DNA of 64,000 bases from Mobula hypostoma. Its lineage: Eukaryota. This document shows, one piece after another, positions 1-10,949 of the stretch (position 1 is the stretch's first letter; each line of letters starts with the position of its first letter). A program made the position numbers and the translations under genes. The notes beneath the pieces are model-generated. The model did not search any database and was not told the origin of the DNA. It saw only the letters and a list, made by a program, of their open reading frames with translations. The stretch is taken from positions 95,668,001 to 95,732,000 of the forward strand of contig NC_086108.1 of the NCBI RefSeq assembly GCF_963921235.1, given 5' to 3'.

Positions 1-1600
1 GTGCCTTCCTGCCTGTCCTTTTGATACAAAGTATATCCTTTGATATTAAGCGTCCAACTATGGCCTCCTTTCAGCCACGACTCAGTGACGCCCACAATGT
101 CATACTGACCAGTCTCTAATTACGCCACGAGTTCGTTCACCTTATTCCGAATGCTACACACACTTAAATACAGCACCTTCATCCCTGCATTCTTCGCCCT
201 TTTGAATTTTGTCTGTCTGGTACAATTTAACTTTTTACTCTGTCTGCATTTGTACCCAGACATCGGTTTGTTCTTCCTTATATTCACGTTACGCTCATCA
301 GCTACTTGTAAACCTGCAGGCTCATCCTGAGCTCTATCATACTGGTTCCCATCCCCCTGCCTTATTAGTTTAAACCACTCCCAACAGCTCTAGTAAACCT
401 GCCCCCCTTGGATTCAACTGTAACCTGTCTCTTTTGTACAGGTCACACCTGCCACTGGAAGAGGTCCCAATTATCCAGAAATTTGAATCACTGCCCCTGC
501 TCCAATTCTTCAGCCACGCATTTATCTGTCACCTCATTCTATTTGTATTTTCACAGTCATGTGGCACAGGCAGTAATCCTGAGATTACTACCCTTGAGGT
601 CCTGCTTTTCAACTTCCTTCCTAACTCCCTTTATTGTGTTTTCAGGACCACCTCCTTTTTTCTACCTATGTCGTTGGTACCAATATGTACCACAACTTCT
701 GTCTGGCTGCTCACCCTCTCTTTTCAGGATATTGTGGACATGTTCAGTAACATCTCAGACTCTGGTGCCTGGAGGCAAACTACCATCTGTGTTTCTTTCT
801 TGCGTCCACAAAATCACCTATCTGTCTCCTAACTATAGAGTCACCTATCACTGCTGCCATCCTTTTTAGTTCCCTATGCTTCTGAGCCACAACGCCAGAC
901 TCGATGCCAGAGGCACGGTTGCTGTTGCTTCCCCCAGGTAAGTTGTCTCCACCAACAGTACTCAAAATTGAATACTTAGTGGTGAGGGGGACAGCCACCA
1001 GGGTGCTCTCCACTATCTGATGTTCTCCCTTCCCTCTTCTGACAGTCACCCATTTTCTGACTCCTGTAGCCTTGGGGTGACTACCTGTTTGTTGCTCCTG
1101 TCTATCGCTGCTTCACTTTTCCTAACAAGCCGAAGGTCATCGAGCTGCAGCTCCAGTTCTTTAACATGGTCTTTAAGGAGCTGCATCTTGATGCACATGG
1201 TGAAGATGTGGCCACTGGGGAGGCTGGTAGTCTCCTGGAAATACCACATCTGACACCTAGAACAGAACACTGGCCCTGTAGACGTACACTCTGTTCTCTC
1301 AAGAGTTAGATATGAAAGAAATAAGGAATGAACTTGCCTACTTACCTTGCCTCTGCCTGTTCTCGCCAAAGCCCTGTTGAGCCAAAACCTCACTATTTGG
1401 ACTCAGACCACTTCGCTAGACAGTACACCTATGGTGACTGGGTTTTTAAAAGCTCTTTGCTGAACTTGTGCGGGAACGCTTTTCCTGCGTCTGCGCGGTA
1501 CTCCAATCAAAAACTCCTGCTGAGAAAACTTCCTGCTTTTTAAGTTCGTCATTGGACTTACGGACTTGTGTGGGAATGCTTCTGCATCTGGGTAGTATTC
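1..1600 (-). mobile_element. 5' part of a degenerate CR1-clade LINE: 5'UTR, ORF1 (Cys-rich N-terminus + SGNH/GDSL esterase) and start of ORF2 APE endonuclease
   Basis: ORF 1046-1393 has CSRC...CIK(C) plus coiled-coil (LKDHVKELELQLDDLR); ORF 780-1049 has AAVIGDSIVR (esterase block I); minus strand of 1-180 reads LKVLYLSVCSIRNKVNELVA*..YDIVGVTESWL..LNIKGY (endonuclease start); multiple frameshifts. Confidence 0.85.
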
Positions 1601-1734
1601 CAGTCAACGACTTTTTTTTAAAAAAAACATTTTTACTTTGATAAGTTTTATTTTGACTTTGACACATTCCTTAAGTTACCTTGCATAGAAACACTATAGG
1701 TAATTCACCTTTGAAAATTCTGAGCTCCGTTGGT

Positions 1735-1962
1735 TTATAGTCTGGCTGATCTTTGTAGGAGCGACAGCAGGGCCGACATGTTATTGGCTTCACTGAGCTA
1801 GTGTCCATCATCGATCACAAGTGACGTACCAGTCACATACGACACTGTTGAGCTCACAAGGTACAACACTACATGGGCTATTTCTATCTTGGTCCCCACT
1901 GTCTGGAGTGAAAACAGTTTGTGGTGATATGCTGTCAACTGTGCCAAACCACCCAATTTTCG
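1735..1962 (-). pseudogene. DECR2: Pseudogene fragment resembling the C-terminus of peroxisomal 2,4-dienoyl-CoA reductase (DECR2-like SDR)
   Basis: Reads RKLGG..LQTVGTKIEIAHVVLYLVSSTVSYVTGTSLVIDDGH*LSEANNMSALLSLLQRSARL*; resembles recalled DECR2 RRLGG..[38 protein letters not shown]..SAKL; in-frame TAG at the Trp position; ends in PTS1-like ARL. Confidence 0.75.
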
Positions 1963-2168
1963 ATGCTGTGGCATGACCTGAAGAGGATTGTTCATGCAAG
2001 GTACAGTGTGGTGTTAGAAAGTTTGTGAACTCTGTAGAATTTTCCTACTTCTGCATAAATATTACCTAAAATGTGATCAGATCTCCACTTAAGTCATAAA
2101 ACTAGATAAAGAGAACTCAGTTAAATAAATAACACACAAAAAAATTAGACTTAAAAAAAATTAGACTT

Positions 2169-2335
2169 TCAAATCCCTTACTCACTCTTCCTTCAGTTAG
2201 TCCTGATGAAGGGTCTCGGCCTGAAACGTCGACTGTACCTCTTCCTACAGATGATGCCTGGCCTGCTGCGTTCACCAGCAACTTTGATATGTGTTGCTTG
2301 AATTTCCAGCATCTGCAGAATTCCTGTTGTTTGTG
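2169..2335 (+). mobile_element. Penelope-like element terminal repeat (pLTR) fragment inserted in Tc1
   Basis: Same sequence as the 3' end of the PLE at 27096-27604; flanked by duplicated aaaaaattagactt (TSD). Confidence 0.85.
2198..2235 (+). ncRNA. Minimal type I hammerhead ribozyme motif (PLE-associated)
   Basis: TAGTC-CTGATGA-AGG(gtctcgg)CCT-GAAA-CG-TC^GACTG: complete catalytic core, stem I TAGTC/GACTG, stem II AGG/CCT, loop-less palindromic helix III (ACGT). Confidence 0.7.
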
Positions 2336-3634
2336 AAAAAATTAGACTTGCTCATTTATTGAGAAAAATGCTCCAATATTACATCTATTTGTTGGAAAAA
2401 GTACGTGAACCTTTGTTTTCAGTAACGGGGTGACACCCTTGTACAGCAATAACTTCAACCAAACGTTTCTGGTAACTGTTGATCAGTCCTGCATATCGGC
2501 TTGGAGAAATTTTAGGCCATTCTTCCTTACAAAACCGCTTCAACTCTGAGATTTGGTGGCCTTCCTTGCATGAACTGCTTGCTTCAAGTCCTTCCACATT
2601 TCTATAGCATTAAGATCAGGACTTTGACTTGGCCATTCCAAAACACACATTTTCCTTTTAAACCATGTGATGTTGATTTATTCTTTTCTTTCCGATCATT
2701 GTCTTGTTGCATTATCCAATTAGTATAAAGCTTCAGGTGACAGACTGCTACCCTGACATTATCCTGTAGAATATTGTGATATAATTTTGAATTCATTGTT
2801 CCCTTAATGATTGTATGCAGTCCAGACCCTAAGGCAGCAAAGCAGTCCCAAACCATGATGCTCCTTCCACCATGCTTCACAGGTGGGATGAGGTTTTGGT
2901 GTTGGTGTGCAGCGCCCTTTTTCCTTCAAACATAGCATTGTGCATTTCTGCCAAAAAGTTCAACTTTTGTCTCATCTGTCCACAGATCGTTGTCCCAGAA
3001 GTGTTGTAGAACACCCAGATGGTCTTTTGCAAACTTGACAAATGCAGCAATGTTTTTTTGGAAAGTAGTGTTTTCTCCATGGTATGCTTCCATGAACACC
3101 ATTCTTGCTCAGCATATTACTTATAGTGGACACATAAACAGAAACTAGCAAGTTCTAGAGAGTTCTGCAGATCTTTTGCTGTTATCCTTGGGTTCTTGTT
3201 CACCTCCTTCAGCATTGCACGTTGTGTTCTTGGTGTGATCTGTGCAGGATGCCCACTCCCTGAGAGAGTAGCGGCAGTACTGAGTTTCTTCCATTTGGAG
3301 ACAATTTCTCTTACTGTGGACTGATGAACATTCAGGTTTTTAGAAATGCTTTTGTAGCCTTTTCCAGCTATAATTCTTCTAAGGTCCTCTGAAAGTTGTT
3401 TTGATCGAGGCTTGGTGCACTTAAACAGATATTTCTTGAGAAGAGCAGGCTCTGTCAGTTACCCGACTTTGTGGGTTTTTTTATCGGGCAGGACACCTCT
3501 ACAACCCACACCTCCAATCTCATCTCACCTGACTCCAAACAGCTTTTGTAGAAGGTTCATGTACTTTTTCCCACAAGTACATGTAATATTGGATCATTTT
3601 TCTCAATAAATAATACTCCTGTGTTACTTAATTT

Positions 3635-3883
3635 ATTGAATTGACTTTATTACTTACATCTTTCATATACATGAGTAAAAATGTTCATGTTACGTCTCAA
3701 TGTGCAATTTATAGTAATTTATAATAAATAGTATGTACAACAGGATAGTCAATATAACATAGAAATACAGTTGTGTCAGCATGAGTTAAGCAGTCTGATG
3801 GCCTAGTGGAAGAAGCTGCCCCAGAACCTGTTGGTCCTGTCTTTTATGTAGCAGTACCGTTTTCTGGATGGTAGCAGCTGGAA
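3635..3883 (-). mobile_element. 3' end of a Rex1/Babar-like LINE inserted in Tc1
   Basis: ctgatggcctagtggaagaagctg..cctgttggtcctg..gtaccgttttctggatggtagcag, related to copies at 25445-26190 and 44780-45335; interrupts the Tc1 right TIR region. Confidence 0.6.
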
Positions 3884-3997
3884 TTGAGTTCTCCTTATCT
3901 AGTTTTAGGACGTGAAGATCTGATCACATTTTAGGTAAGATTTGTGTAGAAATAGAGAAATTTCTATAGGGTTCACAAACTTTCTAGCACTACTGTA

Positions 3998-4357
3998 TCC
4001 CAGAAATGTTGATGACCTGAAATAGTTTTGTATGGAGGAATGATCTAAACATCCTCCTTGCTGTTGTGCAAATCTGATCAACAGCTACAGGAGACGTATG
4101 CTGGAGGTTATTGCTGTTAAAGGAGGTTCTACCAGTTATTAAATACAAGGGTTCACATACTTCTTCCAGCCTGAACTGTGAATGAGTAAACATTGTGTTC
4201 AGTAAAGGCATGAAAAGTACAATTGTTTGTGTGTTGTTATTTGAGGCAGATTGTGTTTGTCTATTATTGTGATTTAGGTGAAGATGAGTCCACATGAGTA
4301 ATTAATCTAGAAAACTAGGTAATTGTCAAGGGTTCACAAACTTTTTCTCGCAACAGC
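3998..4357 (+). mobile_element. Tc1 3'-end fragment (related family, opposite orientation)
   Basis: Transposase C-terminus (LINSYRRRMLEVIAVKGGST) followed by TIR gggttcacaaactttt. Confidence 0.75.
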
Positions 4358-5312
4358 ATTTGTGGCTGCACAGTATACTCGGCATCTAAAATTCAATTCT
4401 GTCAAATTCAGTGAAACCAAATTTTGGAATTAAGTCCAAGACTTGGTTACCACTGATTTGTAGGTTTAGCTGATAAGATCCAGGACCATTTTCTACCTCA
4501 CAACTCAGCCTGTGATCATTATAGGTCAGATTCCCATTCTGGACTCAGTGACACAAAAATGGCTTGGAGCATTGGATTAGCTGTTTTGGGTTCACCGAGG
4601 ACTCCTGGTATAATACTTGATTGTCAATGGTAAGGGACATAGTTTGGAAGCAGTTTGCTGGCAATGGTGCCCTGAGAAAAGGAAGAATAAGATGACAATT
4701 ATGCTGGTAATATGAAAGATACCGTTCTTTAACTTGGAACAATAAAATTATCTTCATTCTATTTTTTTATTATTATATTTGTTTTCTGGTGTACAGTCTT
4801 CAGATTCCAAGTAGATATTTTTCAAGTTTAAGTGATTATGTTATTAGTCAGTTTATCATTTTGGGGTAGCCATCAGAGCAAAGCTGAATGCGAATCCAGC
4901 AACAGTCACTAAATGAATAAAAGAATTGTGACAGCGTTGTAACCTATAAATACTGTTATTTATAGTTGTCTCTTTCTCATTATCCACTAGTCAGACACTA
5001 GGAAACAGAACAGGGTTGTGATTTTTATGGCAGAACTATTGATTGGTAACTTGTTGGCTCTTCCAATAGGTCATTCCCTTTAGTTATTAAATCACATTTC
5101 ATTGGCACTTTGCACAGTCTTAGGCTACCCCAAAGAATTGGGAACAAATTAAGTTCTTTTAAAACGTACTCACTTTTGTCACTATAGGATAAGCAACATA
5201 TCAGATACATTTGGGTGTGGGAGGATAAATAAGTCGATAAAGAAGAGTATTCTGATTGCCAGCTTAGGTTATTAAACCTAGAACTGACTATTTGTTTCTC
5301 TATCTGTTTTAG

Positions 5313-5376
5313 GATCATGGAATCGCTGAATCTTCTCAGATACCTTGTGATCAGGGATAATGAATGTGAGAATCGA
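5313..5376 (+). CDS. GLMN: Glomulin, internal coding exon (..IMESLNLLRYLVIRDNECENR)
   Basis: ttttag|G acceptor, CGA|gtaagt donor, 64 nt; matches recalled human IMASLNLLRYLVIKDNENDNQ. Confidence 0.95.
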
Positions 5377-5526
5377 GTAAGTATTTGGTAAATGAAAATG
5401 ATCTTGTGTATTAATGTAATTTTTGTACCTGATTTTGTTTTGATAATTGCTTCAAAATGAGACCTGATACATTGAATCTAATGTGTATGGAGGTGTTTAG
5501 GGAACTGCAGTACTTATAGATGTGGA

Positions 5527-6275
5527 GAGTCAGAGCTCTACAGCATAGAAACAGGTCCTTTGCCTGTCTGGTCCATGCTGACCTATTTTTCTACCAAATC
5601 CCATGTACCTGCACCTGGACCATAGCCTCTTAACCATGTACCTACCCAAACTCTTCAATGTTGCAAATTAACCCACATCCACTACTTCTGCTGATAGCTT
5701 ATTTCATACTCACACCATCTTCTGAGTGAAATATTTCAGCTTTCACCCTAAATCTATGATCTCCAGTTCTAGTCTCACCCAACCTTGAAGGAAAAAGCCT
5801 ATATGTATTTATCCTATAATTTTGTATACTTCTATCAAATTTCTTCATTCTCCTATGCTCTGTGGAATAAAGTCGTAACTTATTCAGCTTTTCACTGTTA
5901 CTCAGGTCCTCAAATCCTTGCAACATTTTCCCTGCATTCTTCCAAGCTCATGAATATCTTTCCTCTGGGTAGATGACCAGAACGAGGCACAATACTTCAA
6001 ATGCAGCCTCAATGTTTTACATAACTTCAACTAACATCCCAACTCCTGTCTGTACTCCTATTAAGGCCAAAAGCTCCCTTTATGCCCTTATCTATCCGTG
6101 AGGCTACTTACAAGGAATTGTGGATCTGTATTTCCAGATCCCTCTGTTCTGCTGCACACCTCAGTGCTGTAACATTCACCATGTAACTCCCAAAGTGTAA
6201 CACCTCACATTTGCCTGCATTAAATTCCATCTGCCATTTTATAACCCATTTATCCAGCTGGTCCAGATCCTGCAG
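5527..6275 (-). mobile_element. CR1 LINE 3' fragment
   Basis: RT C-terminal remnants (LRLYSTEHRRMK..LFPSRLGETRTGDHRFRVK) and CR1-type 3'UTR. Confidence 0.8.
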
Positions 6276-7722
6276 TAAACTGAGTTATTGCTTTCTTTCT
6301 CTGTTTATGATCTAGCAATGGTCAAAAATGACATGCTGGCCAGCAGGGAAACCAGGGATTTACTTGAATTCAGGACTGAATGAGAATCCAACTTCTTGGG
6401 GGGCCGGGGGGAGAGGAGAGAAGATCGGGGCTTAATATTAGTGCTACTGAGGAGGGAATGGGTCAGTCATTAATTGCAAAAGCAAGGAGAGACTGCAGTT
6501 AGTAGAAAGGAGGCAATGTTTGCTTCCTTTCTGTTGATAAATAGAGTATGTCTGCTTTTTACTCTGAAAAGTTGTTTATTTCTCGATCTTTAGTACTGAT
6601 GCCAAATTTCCACTAACTTTTAATCAGGCCCCCAAATGCATGTCTGTTTCAAATATGATTTTTTTAAAAATTTCCTCTCCATGATCTTTCACCCATTCAC
6701 TTGCATGCGCACACAATTGTGAAAACAAAACCCATATGAAGCATACTCAAATTGTTTTGAAGAATCAGTAATGAGCCTAATCTATATAGGCTTTGCTGAT
6801 AAAACACTAACTAATTAGCTATAAAGGAACAAGCTGAATTGTATGGTACAATTGCTGATACAATAACATATATAAAGTTGCAACAGTTGATTCTCTGAGC
6901 ATAGACAGAGTGACCCAAGGTAAATGCTGGAGGAAAGGGGGAATCAGTGTAGCATTCTGTTTTCTGTTTACTACCTTGATGTATTAATGTATGGAACGAT
7001 CTGTCTGAATGACATTAAAAAGGTTTTCCACTATCTTAGAAAACTGGCATTAATAAATACATACCAACCAATAGATTGGAGCTGAACTGGGTATCCACTT
7101 TCTAATAACATTACAAAATCCAGAGAGAAAAGATAGACACTAGTACAAACTCTACCCTATCCTAACTAATCCATGGCATGGTAGAGGGAGCCAAAGTTGA
7201 TTAAATGACAGCCTTCACTAGAAAATATATTACTTCTACCCAATATAGAACAGAGTTTGGCCATTCGGCCTCTTCATTCTTATGAGCTATTCCATTTGAT
7301 CGTACCAAATAGATAAACCTTAACTTTAGATATGGGGCCAAGATCTAAATAAAGAGCCTTCCTTATAAATATTCTGCATATGATTCTGTATAATGCCATT
7401 CACATAGCTCTAAGAAAGTGGTTGCACAAGGTGCCATTTCAGCATTCTGTATAAGTGCCTAGGGGATGCAATAAATGGTTGCCATATCTTTCATTCAAAT
7501 CTGGGATTTAGGTCACATCACTGGTGACTTGGGAAGGTAAGTGAACTAACTTCCTTGCTGAAATCACAGCAGTACAGCTACTAACCAACATTTCTAGGGT
7601 CTAGGATTTAAAAGTTAAATAAGGGAACTTTTTAAATCAGGATTGAATTTACAGCTTGTGTGTTTAACCTCTATAAGTCCTTATTCTGCGTAACAAGTTA
7701 TCCAGTTATAATTCTTTCGCAG

Positions 7723-7849
7723 ACTGGATTATGGACTGATCTTTCCTGGATTGAAAACTTTCTGAATGCACTGCGAACTGGCTTGAAGATGTCCAGGATT
7801 CATTATAAAGCAGAGATCAAAAAGAAAAAAGAAAACCGGAGAATTAAAG
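7723..7849 (+). CDS. GLMN: Glomulin coding exon (TGLWTDLSWIENFLNALRTGLKMSRIHYKAEIKKKKENRRIK)
   Basis: tttcgcag| acceptor, G|gtttgt donor, 127 nt, phase 0->1; matches recalled TGLWTELGNIENNFLKPLHIGLNMSKAHYEAEIK. Confidence 0.95.
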
Positions 7850-8175
7850 GTTTGTATTATTTTTAACCCTTGCATTGCACTGACGTTAATTATACGTCTG
7901 TAAGATATGTATCTCATGTCTGCATTTATTAGCATGAATTAAAATCACACCCATCTCAACTTTACACTTGACATTCCATAATCGCCAAAAAAAATTGTTC
8001 CTCCAAAAAACTACTTTCCATTAAGCAATGAGTAAAATTCCAATGTCTGGACAGATTGCAACGTGAAAGGAATACTGGAAAGTGCAGAATAATTTGGTAC
8101 ATGAAAACTCCTCTGGTAAACATCTCTGCAGGGAAGTGAAAGACAAATTAAACTATTGCACTTTAATCATTTTAG

Positions 8176-8258
8176 ATGTTCCTGATCACGAAACACAGTG
8201 TTCCTTGAAAGCTGGCAGTAAAAAATTTACAAAAATGACTAATACTGTGGAGTTGAAG
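8176..8258 (+). CDS. GLMN: Glomulin coding exon (DVPDHETQCSLKAGSKKFTKMTNTVELK)
   Basis: ttttag| acceptor, AAG|gtaagc donor, 83 nt, phase 1->0, frame-consistent with both neighbours. Confidence 0.9.
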
Positions 8259-8368
8259 GTAAGCAACTTAATGCAATTTTTCCTCACTTGTACTTTCGAT
8301 GTATGCATTTTTATACTCGTTAAACTGTAATGTTACATTATTTTACCCATTAACTCTTGCCACCACAG

Positions 8369-8494
8369 GTTCTACAGTCAGCTTTCTACACCTTTGATCT
8401 CATGGAAAGTGTGCAGGCACGAATAGAAGAGTTGATGGAGCTAAAAATGAAATCCAGAGCTGAGAGTAAAAATGTAGACAATGAAGCTATTTGA
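8369..8494 (+). CDS. GLMN: Glomulin terminal coding exon (VLQSAFYTFDLMESVQARIEELMELK..EAI*)
   Basis: ccacag| acceptor; TGA 8492-8494; matches recalled VLHSALFTFDLIESVLARVEELIEIK. Confidence 0.95.
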   Translation, partial: VLQSAFYTFDLMESVQARIEELMELKMKSRAESKNVDNEAI

Positions 8495-8658
8495 ATTTAC
8501 AAGGGAATTGTCAAAACTTCATAAATATAATATTTGATCTTTTATTCCAACCACTGTACTGGAGGGATTCACTTTGTACATTAACTTTTTCAAATCAGTC
8601 TGTATGTTAATTTCAATTTTTTTATTGTAAAGCAGATGTATTGAACCTGCTCACCTGG

Positions 8659-8702
8659 AATAAATGTTATAATGCAAATCTACCCAGTCTTTAAAGAATA
8701 AA
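8659..8702 (+). terminator. GLMN polyadenylation signals (AATAAA at 8659 and 8697)
   Basis: Two AATAAA hexamers 165-205 nt after the stop, followed by GT-rich gttgttctggtttcagtgt. Confidence 0.65.
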
Positions 8703-9438
8703 GTTGTTCTGGTTTCAGTGTATTACCACATCGGGTTCTAAAAATTCTACCATCTATTTGCAGTTGGTTAAGAATCAGTGCTGTCATTATAAGTTGAAAG
8801 AAAAATGCCAGGCTGAACTTAAAAATGCTATTTGATACACTGTGGCTGTACAAGACAAGCGAGAGAAGTATTTTTTCTTATTTTAAGTTATTTAAATATA
8901 CACATTAATTCCCCCCCCCCCCCCCGACTGTATATTAATGATCACAAATCTGTAAGAGCATACCTTGGATAGTACTTATTCCTGACATGCAATTTCAATT
9001 GGCCTTTCAATATAGACATAAGTTTTTAGTAATTCATATTTAGGACCATCGTACTGATTACCTACTGTAGGTCTTCATAAACTCTGAAAGCTAATGGTTC
9101 TAATGACTTAGTAGTTATGGAGCCGAGATCTATGACCTTTTATCACTGATTTTGTAAAGTTCCATACTTCATCATGTTTCTGAGTAGCAGTTAAACAGTT
9201 TAAATGAGAAGGCAATAAAGTTACTTTGCACCTTAACACAGTAGCATGAATTTAAACTCAGGAATCAAATCCAGCTTACTACCTTTCCATTCTTAAATTT
9301 GGAAATTAAGTGTACATTTTCACCTAATAATTTAACCAAGTAACACCTAGCATACATGGTTACTTTACTCACAGCCTACAAAAAAACCTAAGAAACAAAA
9401 ACAAGGGTGGACTATTTTAAATATATATATTTTTTTAA

Positions 9439-10949
9439 AGATTAGAGGAACAGATTTGCAGAAGGATCACAAACTTGCAAGAAACATAAGGTTGTTGTAG
9501 CAGGTGATTTTAACTTTCCACATTGACTGGGAGTCCCATACTGTAAAAGGACTAGATGGGTTTGTTTGTCAGATATGTTCAGGAAAGTTTCCTTAATCAG
9601 TACATAGAAGTCCCAACAAGAGAATGTGTGATACTTATCTTCTATCAGGAATGAGCCAGAGCAGGTGAAGATGTTTATATACGGGAATACTTTGCATCTA
9701 AATATCATAATGCCATTAGTTTCAAAGTAAATATGGAAGAAGATGGGTCTCGTCTGTGGGTGAGATAATAAATCGGAGAAAGGGCAATGTTGATGGTAGC
9801 AGAAAGGCTCTGGCAAGTGTGAATTGGGACAGACTGTTTTCTGGCAAAGGTGTATTTGGTAAGTGAGAGGCCTTCAAAAGTGAAATTTCGAGAGTATAAA
9901 GCTTGTATGTGTCTGTCAGAATAAAAGGTAAAGATAAGAGGTTTAGGGAACTTTGGTTTGCAAGCGATATTGAGACTCTGGGGAAAAAAGGTGTATAGCA
10001 GGTAGGAACAAATGAAGTTCTTATGAAGCATTAGAAATCTAAGAGAACACTTAAGAAAGAAGGTATGAGGTTGCCCTAGCAGACAAGGTGAAGGAGACTC
10101 CTAAGGGATTCTACAGATATGTGAAAAACAAAGCTATTGCAAGGGATAAAATTGGTACTCGAGAAGATCAGAATGGTAATCTATGTGTGGAGCCAAAAGA
10201 GTTGGGGGAGATCTTAAATAAATTTTTTGCATTTGTATTTACTTGGGAGACAGACACAGAGCCTATAGAAATGAGGCAAAGCAGTAGTGAGGTCTTGGAT
10301 CCTATACAGATTACAGAGGAGGAGGTGTTTGCTGTCTTGAGGCAAATTAGGGCAGATAAATCTCCAGGGCTTGTCAAGGTGTTCCCTCAGACCCTGTGGG
10401 AGCAAAGTGCAGAAATTGCAGGGACCCTAACAGAGATATTTAAAACATCCTTGTGACAGGTGAGGTATTGGATAGCTAATGCTGTTCCGCTGTTTAAAGG
10501 CTCTAAAAATAAACCAGGAAACTGGAAAGTTATTGGAAGGTATTCTAAGGGTCCGGATACAAGTATTTCAATAGACTTGAACTGATTAGGAATAGTCAGC
10601 ATAGCTTTGTGTGTGATAAGTTGTATCAACCAATCTAATAGAGTTGATGAAGGCAAGGCAGTAGATGCTGTTTACAAGAACTTTAGCAAAGTATTTGACA
10701 AGATTCTATACAAGTTGATCAAGGAGATTCAGTGGCTCGGCCTTCAAGGTGCAGTAGTAAATTGGGTTAGACACTAGTTTTGTGTGAGAAGACAGAGTGG
10801 TAGTAGACGGTTCCCTCTGTGACCAGTGATGTGCCGTAGGGATTGGTGCCGAGTTTATTTTTGTTTGCCATCTATATCAATGATCTGGATGATAATATGA
10901 TTAACTGGATCAGCAGATGTCACCAAGATTGGGAGTGTAGTGAACAGCA
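9439..10949 (+). mobile_element. CR1 LINE 'A' segment 1 (ORF2 EN-RT, degenerate); continues at 16500-16965, 18547-18624 and 21824-21975
   Basis: KETPKGFYRYVKNK..DKSPG..; RT motif remnants; sequence resumes collinearly after each nested insertion. Confidence 0.85.

Larger units (their letters stand above)
2004..3995 (-). mobile_element. Tc1 DNA transposon, defective transposase, carrying two nested insertions
   Basis: TA at 2002-2003 and 3996-3997; long TIRs (cagt..gtgttagaaagtttgtgaac / gttcacaaactttctagcactactg); transposase fragments KHGGRSIMVW, WIMQQDND, LKRFCKEEWPKIS. Confidence 0.92.
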
